Positions 1 to 9,285 of a DNA stretch of 64,000 nt are shown piece by piece. The notes beneath the pieces were generated by a model. That model was not told the DNA's origin, searched no databases, and worked only from the letters and a program-made list of their open reading frames with translations. A program made the position numbers and the translations under genes. Numbering within the stretch: position 1 is the stretch's first letter; every line of letters begins with the position of its first letter. Location: assembly GCA_014360495.1 (NCBI GenBank), contig JACIXR010000004.1, positions 67,983-131,982 of the forward strand. The letters are read 5' to 3'. This stretch comes from a bacterium. Lineage in GTDB: Bacteria > Armatimonadota > JACIXR01.

Positions 1-299
1 TTGGAAGAGTAGTGGTGGAGGCTTGGTCAGCAGGGAAGGCGGTTGTAGGAAGCGATGTTGGAGGAATAAGGGATTTGATAGATGATGGTGAGACCGGTTT
101 GCTTGTTCCGCCGGCAAATCCCTTTTCATTGGCTGAGGCTTTAGAGAAATTAATAAAACAGGAATCTCTGGCGAGAAAATTAGGGGATAAGGGAAAGGAA
201 AAAGCGGAGTTATATAGTGTATCCGCTATGATGGAAAAGACAGTTAAGCTTTATAATTTTTTACTAAAGAGGAAATGCGGAAGGTTGATGTACAAATAA
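1..299 (+). CDS. Glycosyltransferase family 4 (GT1 fold), C-terminal fragment; the 5' end lies upstream of the window
   Basis: The reading frame is open from nt 3 with no upstream stop. The C-terminal region EAWSAGKAVVGSDVGGIRDLIDDGETGLLVPP matches the GT4 E-x7-E / 'GGxxE...G.LV' motif region. Confidence 0.6.
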   Translation, partial: GRVVVEAWSAGKAVVGSDVGGIRDLIDDGETGLLVPPANPFSLAEALEKLIKQESLARKLGDKGKEKAELYSVSAMMEKTVKLYNFLLKRKCGRLMYK

Positions 300-502
300 G
301 GTCAGAGTAATTTTCGCAATTCGCCCCAATAGTTCAGACATAGAAGAGCGATAGCAAAATAAAGCCGCAGGTAGTTATACGCCGCCGTGCCAAAGGTGCA
401 AGCATAAGGAATCTTATCATCTCGTCTATTGGCTCTTGTGGTGGAATAAACGCCTCTGGGTTAAGAAGCAAGATGTTGTTTCACCCTGCGAGCCTTACTG
501 CT

Positions 503-1261
503 TTATTTTCCATGTATTAGGATGCCAATTCCGCCCCAGCCTTGGTTTCTGTCTTTGATGATTTCTCGCCATCGGTTTGGGTATCTTTTACATAATTCTT
601 TCCAAAAATCGTGAACGCGGCATTCGGGGTTACGAAGCGGGAAGACAACATCGTGAAAAGCAATTATACCACCATACCTGACAAGATTAGAGTACATTTC
701 AAAGTCCTTCCTAACCCCTTCATAGGTATGGTCTCCATCAATAAAAAGGAAATCCAAAAAATTGCCTTTTAATATCTCGCGAACTTTCGCCAATGTTTCC
801 TCTTTATGTGAGTCCGTTCTTAAAAGGATAAGTTTTTGCTTCGGCTTGGCAAAAGCTTTATAAATTGGAATTCTCAACTCAGGATAACCACCTCCAAACT
901 TCCCATAGGGTAAATCTACGCTTATTATAACCGCGTCCTCTCTGGCTAACTTGCAGAAGCAAAACAAACTTCCACCATATGCTGTTCCTATTTCCAATAT
1001 AAACCTTGGATTGAGTTCCTTAAATATCTTTAAAAGCTCCAAGAATTCCTCTTTTATTTGCATTGGTTTTATTGCACCGAGGCAGAATCGGGAGCAAAAA
1101 CTCAATACCTCCTCTGGTTCAAGGGAAGAGAAATTGCTGAGCGCCTTCTTTGATAAATTGGTAGAAAGAAAATAATCTCTTAACTTTTTCAAAAACACAA
1201 TCACACCTTCAGGTAGGGTTCCCTTTATCGCTTCTACACTTTTGTTGAATATTCTAAACAT
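503..1261 (-). CDS. Class I SAM-dependent methyltransferase, CmcI/cephalosporin-hydroxylase-like; probable sugar O-methyltransferase
   Basis: The motifs ILEIGTAYGGS, FLFIDGDHTYEGV and GGIIAFHDV are typical of the CmcI/TylF-like methyltransferase fold found in O-antigen loci. Confidence 0.55.
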   Translation of the reverse strand: MFRIFNKSVEAIKGTLPEGVIVFLKKLRDYFLSTNLSKKALSNFSSLEPEEVLSFCSRFCLGAIKPMQIKEEFLELLKIFKELNPRFILEIGTAYGGSLFCFCKLAREDAVIISVDLPYGKFGGGYPELRIPIYKAFAKPKQKLILLRTDSHKEETLAKVREILKGNFLDFLFIDGDHTYEGVRKDFEMYSNLVRYGGIIAFHDVVFPLRNPECRVHDFWKELCKRYPNRWREIIKDRNQGWGGIGILIHGK

Positions 1262-1286
1262 CTTATCTACCTCAATTTCCTTTCAC

Positions 1287-2276
1287 CTAATCATTGCTCC
1301 CTTTATTTTCTAAGGCTGGAGGGAGATATCTGTCAAGGATAAAATATACTCCCAAAATTAAAGCGAAGGGAATGTATAAGAGGTGAGGGGAAAAGATTAT
1401 GGGAAGAAGAGAGGAGAAACAGACGAGAAAGAATAGAAGGAGAGAAGTGAGATTAACGGATTTTACCTTCGCAAGAAGCCTGTGGGGCAGATGGTCTTTG
1501 TCAGTGGAGGTAAGCAGGGGCTTTAATTTCTTAACCCCTCTCCTATATCTTTTGTAATGAACTACTATGAAATCAAGGCAAGGATATATAAAGGGAAAAA
1601 GGGGAAGAAGACCTTGAAGAGGGGAAAGTTGAGAGGAAATTTGAAGTGCTGTCGCTGAGAGAATGGCAGAGAGAAAATATGAACCGCCATCCCCCATAAA
1701 CATTGAGGCAGGATGAAGATTATGGGGAAGCCAGCCTAAAATACAACCAATAAGCACAATAAGAAAAGGTATATCTTTTCCAAAAATAAACGAATATATA
1801 AGGAGGGAAAAAGCTATAGCGAGGGAAGTTGCTCCCGCTGAGCCATCAACAACATCCCAACAATTAAAGGAATTCACTGCACCCATAATGAATAAAACCA
1901 CTAAAAGACTATTGAGATAGCGAATGGGAATAAAGGGGAACCTCCAAGCTGTGTATATGGTCACAAGGGCGAAAAGGAATTGAAGGGGCAATCTGTATAG
2001 CGCCCTTATGTCTAATAAGTCGTCAAGCGTTCCCAAAAGCAAAAAGGCAAGGACGGAAACGAGAAGATAGTAGGGAAGGGTGAAATTGAAAATTGCGAGG
2101 GATAATAGAAAAGAAGAGAAAATCGCCATTCCTCCAAGGTATGGGATGGGTCTTTGGTGAATCTTGCTCCCACGAGAGGGGTCATCAAGAAAGCCGAGCT
2201 TCAAAGCAAGAGCTTTGAATAGAGGGGAAAGAAATAGGGTTAAGAAAAAGGGAAAGAAAAGAGGAACAAGTTTCAT
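1287..2276 (-). CDS. Polyprenyl-phosphate sugar-1-phosphate transferase, MraY/WecA family (initiating transferase)
   Basis: It is a polytopic membrane protein with the motifs LGFLDD, NSFNCWDVVDGSAG and HNLHPASMFMGDGGS, which are typical of WecA/WbpL/MraY. Confidence 0.75.
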   Translation of the reverse strand: MKLVPLFFPFFLTLFLSPLFKALALKLGFLDDPSRGSKIHQRPIPYLGGMAIFSSFLLSLAIFNFTLPYYLLVSVLAFLLLGTLDDLLDIRALYRLPLQFLFALVTIYTAWRFPFIPIRYLNSLLVVLFIMGAVNSFNCWDVVDGSAGATSLAIAFSLLIYSFIFGKDIPFLIVLIGCILGWLPHNLHPASMFMGDGGSYFLSAILSATALQISSQLSPLQGLLPLFPFIYPCLDFIVVHYKRYRRGVKKLKPLLTSTDKDHLPHRLLAKVKSVNLTSLLLFFLVCFSSLLPIIFSPHLLYIPFALILGVYFILDRYLPPALENKGSND

Positions 2277-3268
2277 TGGGAATCAACCACCTCTCTCAAG
2301 GACCTTGCTATATATTCCACCTCAGAATCACCCAGGGAAGGGTATATGGGAATGGAGAGGGCGGTTTTGTAAATGGCATCTGTTTTGGGATAGTCAGGAA
2401 TAGAAAGGTAGTGGTGAATTGGCTTATAAAGCGGTCGCTTGCACTCTATCCCTCTTTCTAGCATTTTTCTTCTAACTTCCTCAAATTCATTCACACGGAT
2501 GACAAAGCGATAATAGACGGAATAAGCAAAGGGTTTATCCTCGGGTGGAAGTGCGATGTTTAGCCCCTTGAGCGCTCCTCTATAATAGCTTGCTATTTCC
2601 CTTCTCCTTTTTATGAAGGAAGGAAGTTTTCCCAATTGAACAAGTCCGATGCTCGCGGAGATATCGCTCATTTTGTAATTGAAGCGAAGCCTGTATTCTT
2701 CAAATTCGTCGTATTCCCTTAAATCCTTTATTCTCTCCAACAAATTAAGGTCATTTGAAAGGACCGCTCCTCCCTCTCCGGTCGTAATCATCTTTGTTGC
2801 ATAAAAGGAAGCAATCGCGATGTCACCCCAACTGCCAAGCTTCCGCCCTTTATACTCACCGCCTATGCTTTGGGCGATATCCTCTATAATCCAAATGCCT
2901 TTATTGGTAAACTCATCTATGGGAGCAGGATGTCCAAATAAATGTGGTATAATGCAAGCTTTTGTCCTGTTAGTGAGCCTCCTTCTAAAGTCGTCAGGAG
3001 AGAGGTTGAAATCATCACCACAATCAACGAGAACTGGTTGGGCGCCTACATAAAGAATGGCGTTGAGGAGGGCGGAACAGACATAAGAGGGAATTAACAC
3101 TTCGTCCCCTTCCTTTAAACCAAGTGCGAGTAGGGCAAGGTGAAGGGCAGATGTTCCGCTTGATGTCGCTACCGCACCCCTAACACCGATGAAATGCGCC
3201 AATCCATCTTCAAATTTCTCCACCATTTTCCCTTGAGCGATATATCCCGATAATATAGTTCGCCTCAC
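2273..3268 (-). CDS. DegT/DnrJ/EryC1/StrS-family PLP-dependent sugar aminotransferase
   Basis: The motifs ATSSGTSALHLAL, IIPHLFGHP and SFYATKMITTGEGG (catalytic Lys) are present. The exact start is uncertain: my manual reading of the printed sequence near 3240 is 1 nt out of register with the track protein, so I kept the track coordinates. Confidence 0.75.
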   Translation of the reverse strand: MRRTILSGYIAQGKMVEKFEDGLAHFIGVRGAVATSSGTSALHLALLALGLKEGDEVLIPSYVCSALLNAILYVGAQPVLVDCGDDFNLSPDDFRRRLTNRTKACIIPHLFGHPAPIDEFTNKGIWIIEDIAQSIGGEYKGRKLGSWGDIAIASFYATKMITTGEGGAVLSNDLNLLERIKDLREYDEFEEYRLRFNYKMSDISASIGLVQLGKLPSFIKRRREIASYYRGALKGLNIALPPEDKPFAYSVYYRFVIRVNEFEEVRRKMLERGIECKRPLYKPIHHYLSIPDYPKTDAIYKTALSIPIYPSLGDSEVEYIARSLREVVDSQ

Positions 3269-3315
3269 AGCATCAGCTTCATCTTCACCAAGAGTGGGGC
3301 GGGAATGAGGAATCT

Positions 3316-4026
3316 TTATATCACTCGTTCTAATTTACCCCCTTTCTTCAATATTTCAACGCTCTTCTCTCCGCAATTGAAGAGCAGGTCCACTATCGCT
3401 AAATCGGGTATGAAGCCGATTTGGGGAAAGCGCTGAGGATAAACGGGGCATTCCCAGCGTTGAACCCAAACCTCTATTCCGTTTTCCTTAAAGGATTGAA
3501 GGTCCAGATATTCCTCCAATGCTTTCTCACCGGTGAGATAGGCGTCTGCGCCTACAGCCTTGCAGATATTTAATAGCTTCTCGGAACCTTTACCTTCCGC
3601 GCCCAGAGCGGTGGAACGAACTACGGGTGTTTTTATGTTTAAGATGGATAGAAAAACTTCCAACATCTTCCCGTTGAGCTCGCCGAGAAACGCTGGAGTG
3701 TTTGTTTCGTAAAAGGGCTGGAGGAAGTGAATGTAGTCCTTGTAAAAGGGGGCGGAGTTGTAGTTCGTTTTAAGGGCATAAAGGTGTTTCTCCCTCCAGC
3801 GCGAGGTGTTTTCTATTATGGTTTCTCCGATGCTTTGACCGAATTTATGGATAACTGGAACAGTTAAATAAATCGCGCCTTGGGCGCTTTTTATCTTGTT
3901 CCTATTATGCCATTCTCCCTTAACGAACTGTGCATCATCAAGGAGAATGAAAAGCTCTGCCTCCATAATCTTATGGAAGTATCTCAACCATGGGAGATAA
4001 TGAGGTTGATGAATTGCGACGAGCAT
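3316..4026 (-). CDS. WbqC-like family protein (polysaccharide biosynthesis accessory protein)
   Basis: MLVAIHQPHYLPWLRYFHKI matches the WbqC-family N-terminus. The likely start is the internal Met, which places it just after the stop of the upstream PIG-L gene (the track ORF extends to 4077). Confidence 0.6.
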   Translation of the reverse strand: MLVAIHQPHYLPWLRYFHKIMEAELFILLDDAQFVKGEWHNRNKIKSAQGAIYLTVPVIHKFGQSIGETIIENTSRWREKHLYALKTNYNSAPFYKDYIHFLQPFYETNTPAFLGELNGKMLEVFLSILNIKTPVVRSTALGAEGKGSEKLLNICKAVGADAYLTGEKALEEYLDLQSFKENGIEVWVQRWECPVYPQRFPQIGFIPDLAIVDLLFNCGEKSVEILKKGGKLERVI

Positions 4027-4027
4027 A

Positions 4028-4756
4028 TCAAAGCACCAGCCTGTGGCAGATAAATGCCTCCGCTGCCTTGACCCCAACCTGCGAGCCCCTCATCCTTGCC
4101 AATCTCTCCAAATTTTCAAAACTCGCGAAATGGGGCTCGGGACGCAATTGAGAGGAATGGAGAGAGAGGGCTTTCAACTTTACCTCGAGGAATTCCGATA
4201 TATCTACATACACATTGGGATGAAAAGGGATATAACTCCAACAATGATGCGGGCATTCAGCGGATAAGACCATATTCACGAAGTGTCTCGTTGAGGGGTC
4301 GTGGGGACGGAGAGCGGCGAAGGCTGACTCAAATACTATCCGATGGTCAAGGGTATATGAGGGGAAGGGGATTATCACCATCGTTGGTTTGATTTTGTTT
4401 ATCGCAAGTTTCCCTTTATCCTCCAATAATTCTATCAAATCACGCTGGGGGAAAGTATCCAAGCGGAGGTGATATCTGCTTTCCTTAAGGAGCAGGTCCC
4501 AATCATCAACATTAAGAAATTGAGCACAACGAGATATCTCAGAAAGCCTTGTCTCATTGTCAACCTTTACCCTTTGCCCTTCTTTGTATGCGAAAATCTC
4601 CCCACTATTTACTATAACGAGGAAAACCTTTCCACCAAGGCTCTTAACCTTTGCCATAGTGCCGGCGCAGTGAAACGCCTCATCATCTGGATGAGGCATT
4701 ATCACTAACAACCTTTGCTTTGAGAGGAGTGAATCTCCCAATTTTTCTTGCACCAT
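4028..4756 (-). CDS. PIG-L/LmbE-family N-acetylglucosaminyl deacetylase
   Basis: LLVIMPHPDDEAFHCAGT contains the signature PIG-L HPDDE motif. Confidence 0.7.
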   Translation of the reverse strand: MVQEKLGDSLLSKQRLLVIMPHPDDEAFHCAGTMAKVKSLGGKVFLVIVNSGEIFAYKEGQRVKVDNETRLSEISRCAQFLNVDDWDLLLKESRYHLRLDTFPQRDLIELLEDKGKLAINKIKPTMVIIPFPSYTLDHRIVFESAFAALRPHDPSTRHFVNMVLSAECPHHCWSYIPFHPNVYVDISEFLEVKLKALSLHSSQLRPEPHFASFENLERLARMRGSQVGVKAAEAFICHRLVL

Positions 4757-5706
4757 TCTATGGTCATCACCAATCCTTCCTCAAGACTTACCTTTGGCTC
4801 GAAGCCGAGAAGTTTTCTCGCCTTATTTATATTGGGCACCCTGCGGGGCACATCCTCATGCTTTGAGCCGAAGTAATCTTCGTATGGGATGTGAATGATG
4901 GGCGAAGGGGAATTCGTGAGCTTCTTGATGAGGTTCGCTAAATCAACTATTCTTATTTCATTTTTAGGGGAACCTATGTTGAAGACCTCGCCAATAGCTT
5001 CGTTTTTTGTTCCAGCGAGAATAGTTCCCTCAACAGCATCGCTCACATAGGTGAAGGAACGGGTCTGGTTTCCTGTGCCGTGTACGGTGATTGGTTCTCC
5101 CGTTAGAGCCTGACGGATGAAGTTTGCGATTACTGTTCCATAGCCGAGGGAATTTATCCTTGGTCCATATATATTGAAATATCTCACGCAGGTCACAGGC
5201 AACCCGCTATGATAATAGGCGAAGGCGAGATGTTCGTCAAGCGCTTTGGCGGTGCTATAGCACCAACGGGGAATCCAGGTGGGACCGAGAAGCCTGCTTG
5301 TTCTTTCGCTCAGGGGAATTCTGCGATTTCGCCCATAGACCTCCGAGGAGGAGGCAAGAACAACCCTCCTCTTGTATTTATGAGCTGAAGCCAATATATT
5401 GAGAGTTCCTTCTACATTGACGAGAATAGTTAGGAGAGTATTGTCAACCACATACTTTACCCCCACTATTGCTGCAAGATGATAAACCGTGTCGCTTTTC
5501 TCAATTAGCGCATCAACGAGTTCCTTGTCCAGGATGTCTCCCTTTATGAAATGGAAATTTTTGTTAGATTTAGCTTTGGATAGATTAGCTTCGTTATCCT
5601 TGATGAAAAGATTATCCAGCGCAAAAACCTCGTGACCCAAAGATAGAAGGGCATCAACCAAATGAGAACCTATAAAACCTGCTCCTCCGGTAACTAATAT
5701 TCTCAT
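4705..5706 (-). CDS. NAD-dependent epimerase/dehydratase (SDR), nucleotide-sugar epimerase or decarboxylase-like
   Basis: It has the Rossmann motif MRILVTGGAGFIGSHLV and the catalytic Y-x3-K motif (YSTAKAL). A GGAGGG ribosome-binding site sits directly upstream of the ATG. Confidence 0.8.
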   Translation of the reverse strand: MRILVTGGAGFIGSHLVDALLSLGHEVFALDNLFIKDNEANLSKAKSNKNFHFIKGDILDKELVDALIEKSDTVYHLAAIVGVKYVVDNTLLTILVNVEGTLNILASAHKYKRRVVLASSSEVYGRNRRIPLSERTSRLLGPTWIPRWCYSTAKALDEHLAFAYYHSGLPVTCVRYFNIYGPRINSLGYGTVIANFIRQALTGEPITVHGTGNQTRSFTYVSDAVEGTILAGTKNEAIGEVFNIGSPKNEIRIVDLANLIKKLTNSPSPIIHIPYEDYFGSKHEDVPRRVPNINKARKLLGFEPKVSLEEGLVMTIEWCKKNWEIHSSQSKGC

Positions 5707-5996
5707 ATGACCCTCCTGCGAAATCTTTCCTTAATTTTAAAAATTGCACAAAAAATTGCAAGCAAAAATTTTAAAAATTATTATAGTTTTGATCTTTCTC
5801 TCTTAAAGGAGAATGTTTTCAAAGGGGAAAAATAATGACATATTGCTTAACTGTTTCACGAGGGAAAGACTCTAAGGAGGTTATAGCTATGCCTTAGCCC
5901 AAGCGAAGAGGACTTTGTCTATTGCATTCCTTCTATTTGAAGGTTAGATTATATCTAAGAAAAATTCCAGATTCTAAGACAAGTTTAAAAATGTCT

Positions 5997-7373
5997 TTAT
6001 TGTTTCTGTGAACCCTTTATTTTCTTTGCGATTTCCTTTAATTTCTCTATAAGGACGACCAAATCATTTTTTCTTGGCAAAAAGATATCTTTTAATGATA
6101 TTTTCTCCAATTTTTGGAAGAAGATGAGAATGACGAAAAAAGCAAGGGAATAGGCAATTGAGGAGGCTATGCTCGCCCCAATTATCCCCCAGCGAGGGAT
6201 TAGAAGGAAATCTAAAAGGATGGTTAAGATGGAACCAGTGAGACTTCCGTATAAGTTATATTGGGGGTAACCTCTACCGAGGATATGGTGTGCGAGAAAA
6301 CCTGTATACATCCAGGATATTATGCCCGGGAGAAGGTAAGGAATGACAGAGATTGAGGGGCGAAACGCGGAACCGAATAGGAGGGGAATAATTAAAGGGG
6401 CGAAAAAATAGAGGATTAAAGCGGAAGGGAGGTAATAAAAGGGAAGAAGGCGGGTGAGTAAAGAGGTTAAACTCCTTGCCTCTTGAGGGGAAACAGATGA
6501 AACTTGGGGGAATAAAACGATGTGAATTGAAGCGGCGAAAAGCCGTAAAAGCTCTGTGTAGTTCACGCCGGTCATATATAACCCTACATGTCTAGCCCCT
6601 AAATACGCATTCACAACAAAGACATCAAATCGAGTATTGACCATCCACAGAATGTCTCCAAGGGAAATTACCGCGCCATATTTCAGCATGCCTTTTAATA
6701 CTTCCCTATTAAGGTGAGGGGAAAAATGCTCTGGGCGAATCACATCGTTCAGGAAATAGAAAGATAAAGCGGTGCTAATGGGGATTAAAAACCACTCAGA
6801 GGCTAAAGCCCCCCATACTCCCCATTTCAGTAGGATTAGGAAAGAGGCAAGGAGGACAAGGCGAAAAAAGATGGAGAGCGTGTTTATTAGGAAAGAATAA
6901 TTGAATCTTCTTAAAGCCAAAAGGCTATAGCTTAGAGGGGATAAGTAAACTGTTAATAAGCTGATGAGGAGAGAGACCCGTAGTAAAAGAGAGGGAACAC
7001 CCTTGAGGAAAGAGGAGGCGAGGTAGGGAGTTAGAAGAATGAAAGCGAATGTCAGGGGAAAGAAAAAATAGAGGACGAAGGAACAGAATGACCCGATTAT
7101 ATCCTTTATTGGGTATTTCTTATTCGCGATGAAATATTCAAGGGCGATAGGGAGACCCAAGAGGACCATTACCTGGTAGAAGGAAAGGAAGGTCTGGAGG
7201 GTATTGACTATTCCTTTTCCCCTTGGACCCAAATAGCGAGCGACTATAATTGAGCCGACTATTCCCAAGACAAAGGAGAGAATCCTTGAAGCAAAGTGAT
7301 AGATGACATTTACGCTGAAGGAAGGTGCGCTTCTATCTTTTCTTATGAGTTTTTCTATAGTCGTTCTAAACAT
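5997..7373 (-). CDS. Wzx-type oligosaccharide/O-antigen flippase (MOP superfamily polysaccharide biosynthesis protein)
   Basis: It encodes a 458-aa protein with about 12-14 hydrophobic helices and polysaccharide-biosynthesis-protein architecture. It is the last gene of the minus-strand sugar operon. Confidence 0.65.
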   Translation of the reverse strand: MFRTTIEKLIRKDRSAPSFSVNVIYHFASRILSFVLGIVGSIIVARYLGPRGKGIVNTLQTFLSFYQVMVLLGLPIALEYFIANKKYPIKDIIGSFCSFVLYFFFPLTFAFILLTPYLASSFLKGVPSLLLRVSLLISLLTVYLSPLSYSLLALRRFNYSFLINTLSIFFRLVLLASFLILLKWGVWGALASEWFLIPISTALSFYFLNDVIRPEHFSPHLNREVLKGMLKYGAVISLGDILWMVNTRFDVFVVNAYLGARHVGLYMTGVNYTELLRLFAASIHIVLFPQVSSVSPQEARSLTSLLTRLLPFYYLPSALILYFFAPLIIPLLFGSAFRPSISVIPYLLPGIISWMYTGFLAHHILGRGYPQYNLYGSLTGSILTILLDFLLIPRWGIIGASIASSIAYSLAFFVILIFFQKLEKISLKDIFLPRKNDLVVLIEKLKEIAKKIKGSQKQ

Positions 7374-7583
7374 TTAGAAAATCATAAAGAAATCAACGAG
7401 AAGGGTCTTCACTTTCCTATCCAAGATACCAGGTCGCGAGCAAGATATCATCTTTCCTTCATCTGCTATTTTCCTATAGTTTTTAGAAAATCTTGGCTTT
7501 GTTAAAAGAATAGAATCTCTATTTATTTTAACTATTTAACCTCCTTCTCGTTGCTTTTCTCTTCTCAAAAATTATGATAAAAG

Positions 7584-7605
7584 ATAAAATCAAGTCAAGT
7601 TTTAT
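7584..7605. promoter_or_regulatory. 22-bp dyad element ATAAAATCAAGTCAAGTTTTAT, copy 1. On the minus strand it reads ATAAAACTTGACTTGATTTTAT, which contains a -35-like TTGACT
   Basis: It is an exact 22/22 duplicate of the element at 9246-9267. The outer arms ATAAAA/TTTTAT are inverted, and the core is a tandem TCAAG TCAAG. On the minus strand TTGACT is followed by a 17-nt spacer and then ATAATT (a -10-like box). Confidence 0.5.
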
Positions 7606-8036
7606 ACTTTTTGCTCATCTATTGATTCACTTTATTACTTTTTTGTTCATAGAGCTCTCAGCACTTGTATGATTCTCCAAGCTAGATTTGCTCTTATTCC
7701 GAATTTCTTAAAGTGTTCCAAGCAAATGAGAACTGCACTTTTTTAAAAGTTTTATAATCTCCACAATTAAATAAGTTCTTTAAAGGTATCATAAAATAGA
7801 CCAATTTTAGGCGCTTCATCAACCAAAGCCATTTTCAATTGAAAATTGAGTTTATCCTAACCCATGTTTTAGCTTTAACAATAAATGAGGGATATTTAAA
7901 GGAATTAAGATAAAAGGTAATATTTGAAACAAAAGTCAAGTCCGCTTTTCTTAAAAAGTCGTTTTTTTATCAGTTGAGGAATTACATTAGCAAATAAAGT
8001 AGAGAAGATTGTGTTTGTAATGGACACAAATAGCGC

Positions 8037-9095
8037 TTAATAGCTTATTTCTTTATATATTTCAACAAGGCGATGCGCTAATTTCACTGCGTCGTGATAC
8101 TTTTCCGCATATTGACGACTTCGCTTGCCAATTTCATGTCGTAACTTTCCATCCTTTAGGAGATTTTCAAGAACATCCACCAGATTATCTTGGTTAGCAT
8201 TAACTATAGGCAAGTCGGGAGGATATTTTTCGCGAATAGAGGGTTTAATATAACAAATTACTGGTTTGCCAAAAGCCATAGCTTCTACACTCCCCATTCC
8301 GTAGAACCCCAAAACGAATTGGTCAAGGAATATATCAGCCCTCTGCATAATTTGGAGAGCTTCTCTATGAGGCATATTTTTAACTAAAATAAACTGAAAA
8401 TCGTGTTTTTCCTTTAATAACTCAACCGCTTTTAGCACGGCGCTGGTGCCCTTTAAAACTGGTTCGCTTGGAGCATGCACAACGATTGGGCGCCGAACAG
8501 TTGGGTCGGGATAGAAAGGCTTAAATTCCGAAAGGAAGAGACGTTGAAACACAAGATAACTCTTCGTCCAGAGGTTTGGGAAGAGATATTGTTGCATTTC
8601 GACTGGCACTATGCAAGCGAAACCCGATTTCGCAAACAAGCTTTGATTACGATACGATTTTTCTAAACTGACACCTCTAAGAGCTTTGTAATAATCCATG
8701 ATGGGTAATGAATAAGGGTTGTCTTTTGCCTCTACCTCGGGAATCCTTATATCTGAGCCTTGCCATTCAACAACACCGGGTTTTTTAAGAAGCTTTAAAT
8801 ATCCCAGGTCCATTCTTCCTAGGCGCGTTGGAAGGGCAGGTTCACCATAATACCAGTGAATAACATCCGCCCATTGGGCAAATTTTAAAAAAAGATATGT
8901 TGCTCGTATCCACACAATAACATAATTTGCTATTTTTTTTCTCGGAGGAAACCTTAAATTCACAAGTCCCTCAGAGGACCACATGGGCGAATTGTTATAT
9001 GCCAGGCTGCGAACATCAACTCCAATTTCCCTCAAACCTTTAACTGTGTGATACATATAGGAGGCAAGATTAACAGGGAGATGAAGAACCCTCAT
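8037..9095 (-). CDS. Glycosyltransferase, GT4-like
   Basis: The C-terminal domain has the motifs GFYGMGSVEAMAFGKPVIC and QYAEKY. An AAGGAG ribosome-binding site lies 8 nt upstream, so the likely true start is ATG at 9095 (MRVLHLPV...). The track ORF begins at an upstream in-frame ATG at 9137. Confidence 0.55.
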   Translation of the reverse strand: MRVLHLPVNLASYMYHTVKGLREIGVDVRSLAYNNSPMWSSEGLVNLRFPPRKKIANYVIVWIRATYLFLKFAQWADVIHWYYGEPALPTRLGRMDLGYLKLLKKPGVVEWQGSDIRIPEVEAKDNPYSLPIMDYYKALRGVSLEKSYRNQSLFAKSGFACIVPVEMQQYLFPNLWTKSYLVFQRLFLSEFKPFYPDPTVRRPIVVHAPSEPVLKGTSAVLKAVELLKEKHDFQFILVKNMPHREALQIMQRADIFLDQFVLGFYGMGSVEAMAFGKPVICYIKPSIREKYPPDLPIVNANQDNLVDVLENLLKDGKLRHEIGKRSRQYAEKYHDAVKLAHRLVEIYKEISY

Positions 9096-9097
9096 TT

Positions 9098-9208
9098 TTA
9101 TCGCTCCTTGATTTTGCGAGCGGGAACACCTGCCCATATTTTATAGGGCGGAACACTATCACGGATTTCTATATTCTCAAGATGGAAGGTGAGCACTTCT
9201 TTTTTCAT
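9098..9208 (-). pseudogene. 36-aa ORF resembling only the extreme C-terminus of a hexapeptide-repeat (LbH) acyltransferase; probable gene remnant
   Basis: The manual translation is MKKEVLTFHLENIEIRDSVPPYKIWAGVPARKIKER*. The 'VPPY.I.AG.PAR.I' stretch is the conserved C-terminal tail of LbH acetyltransferases. A good ribosome-binding site (AAAGGAGGGATACTAA ATG) precedes it. Its stop codon is 2 nt from the GT4 start. Confidence 0.35.
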
Positions 9209-9245
9209 TTAGTATCCCTCCTTTATTTGAAAATGTACCAGGATA

Positions 9246-9267
9246 TAAAAATCAAGTCAAGTTTTAT
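9246..9267. promoter_or_regulatory. 22-bp dyad element ATAAAATCAAGTCAAGTTTTAT, copy 2; probable promoter for the minus-strand remnant ORF and GT4 gene
   Basis: It is identical to the copy at 7584-7605, and the flanks also share similarity (TTTTAT-n-CT(T)TCATC). On the minus strand it reads TTGACT, then 17 nt, then TACATT, about 40 nt before the ribosome-binding site at 9220. Confidence 0.5.
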
Positions 9268-9285
9268 TTGTGCTTTTCATCCTTG

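Noticed and set aside
3230-3270. Apparent 1-nt frame discrepancy between my manual reading of the printed sequence and the track protein at the DegT N-terminus (MRRTILSGYIAQGKM).
   Set aside because: It cannot be resolved without recomputation and is most likely my own indexing error. I kept the track coordinates and did not call a frameshift or pseudogene.
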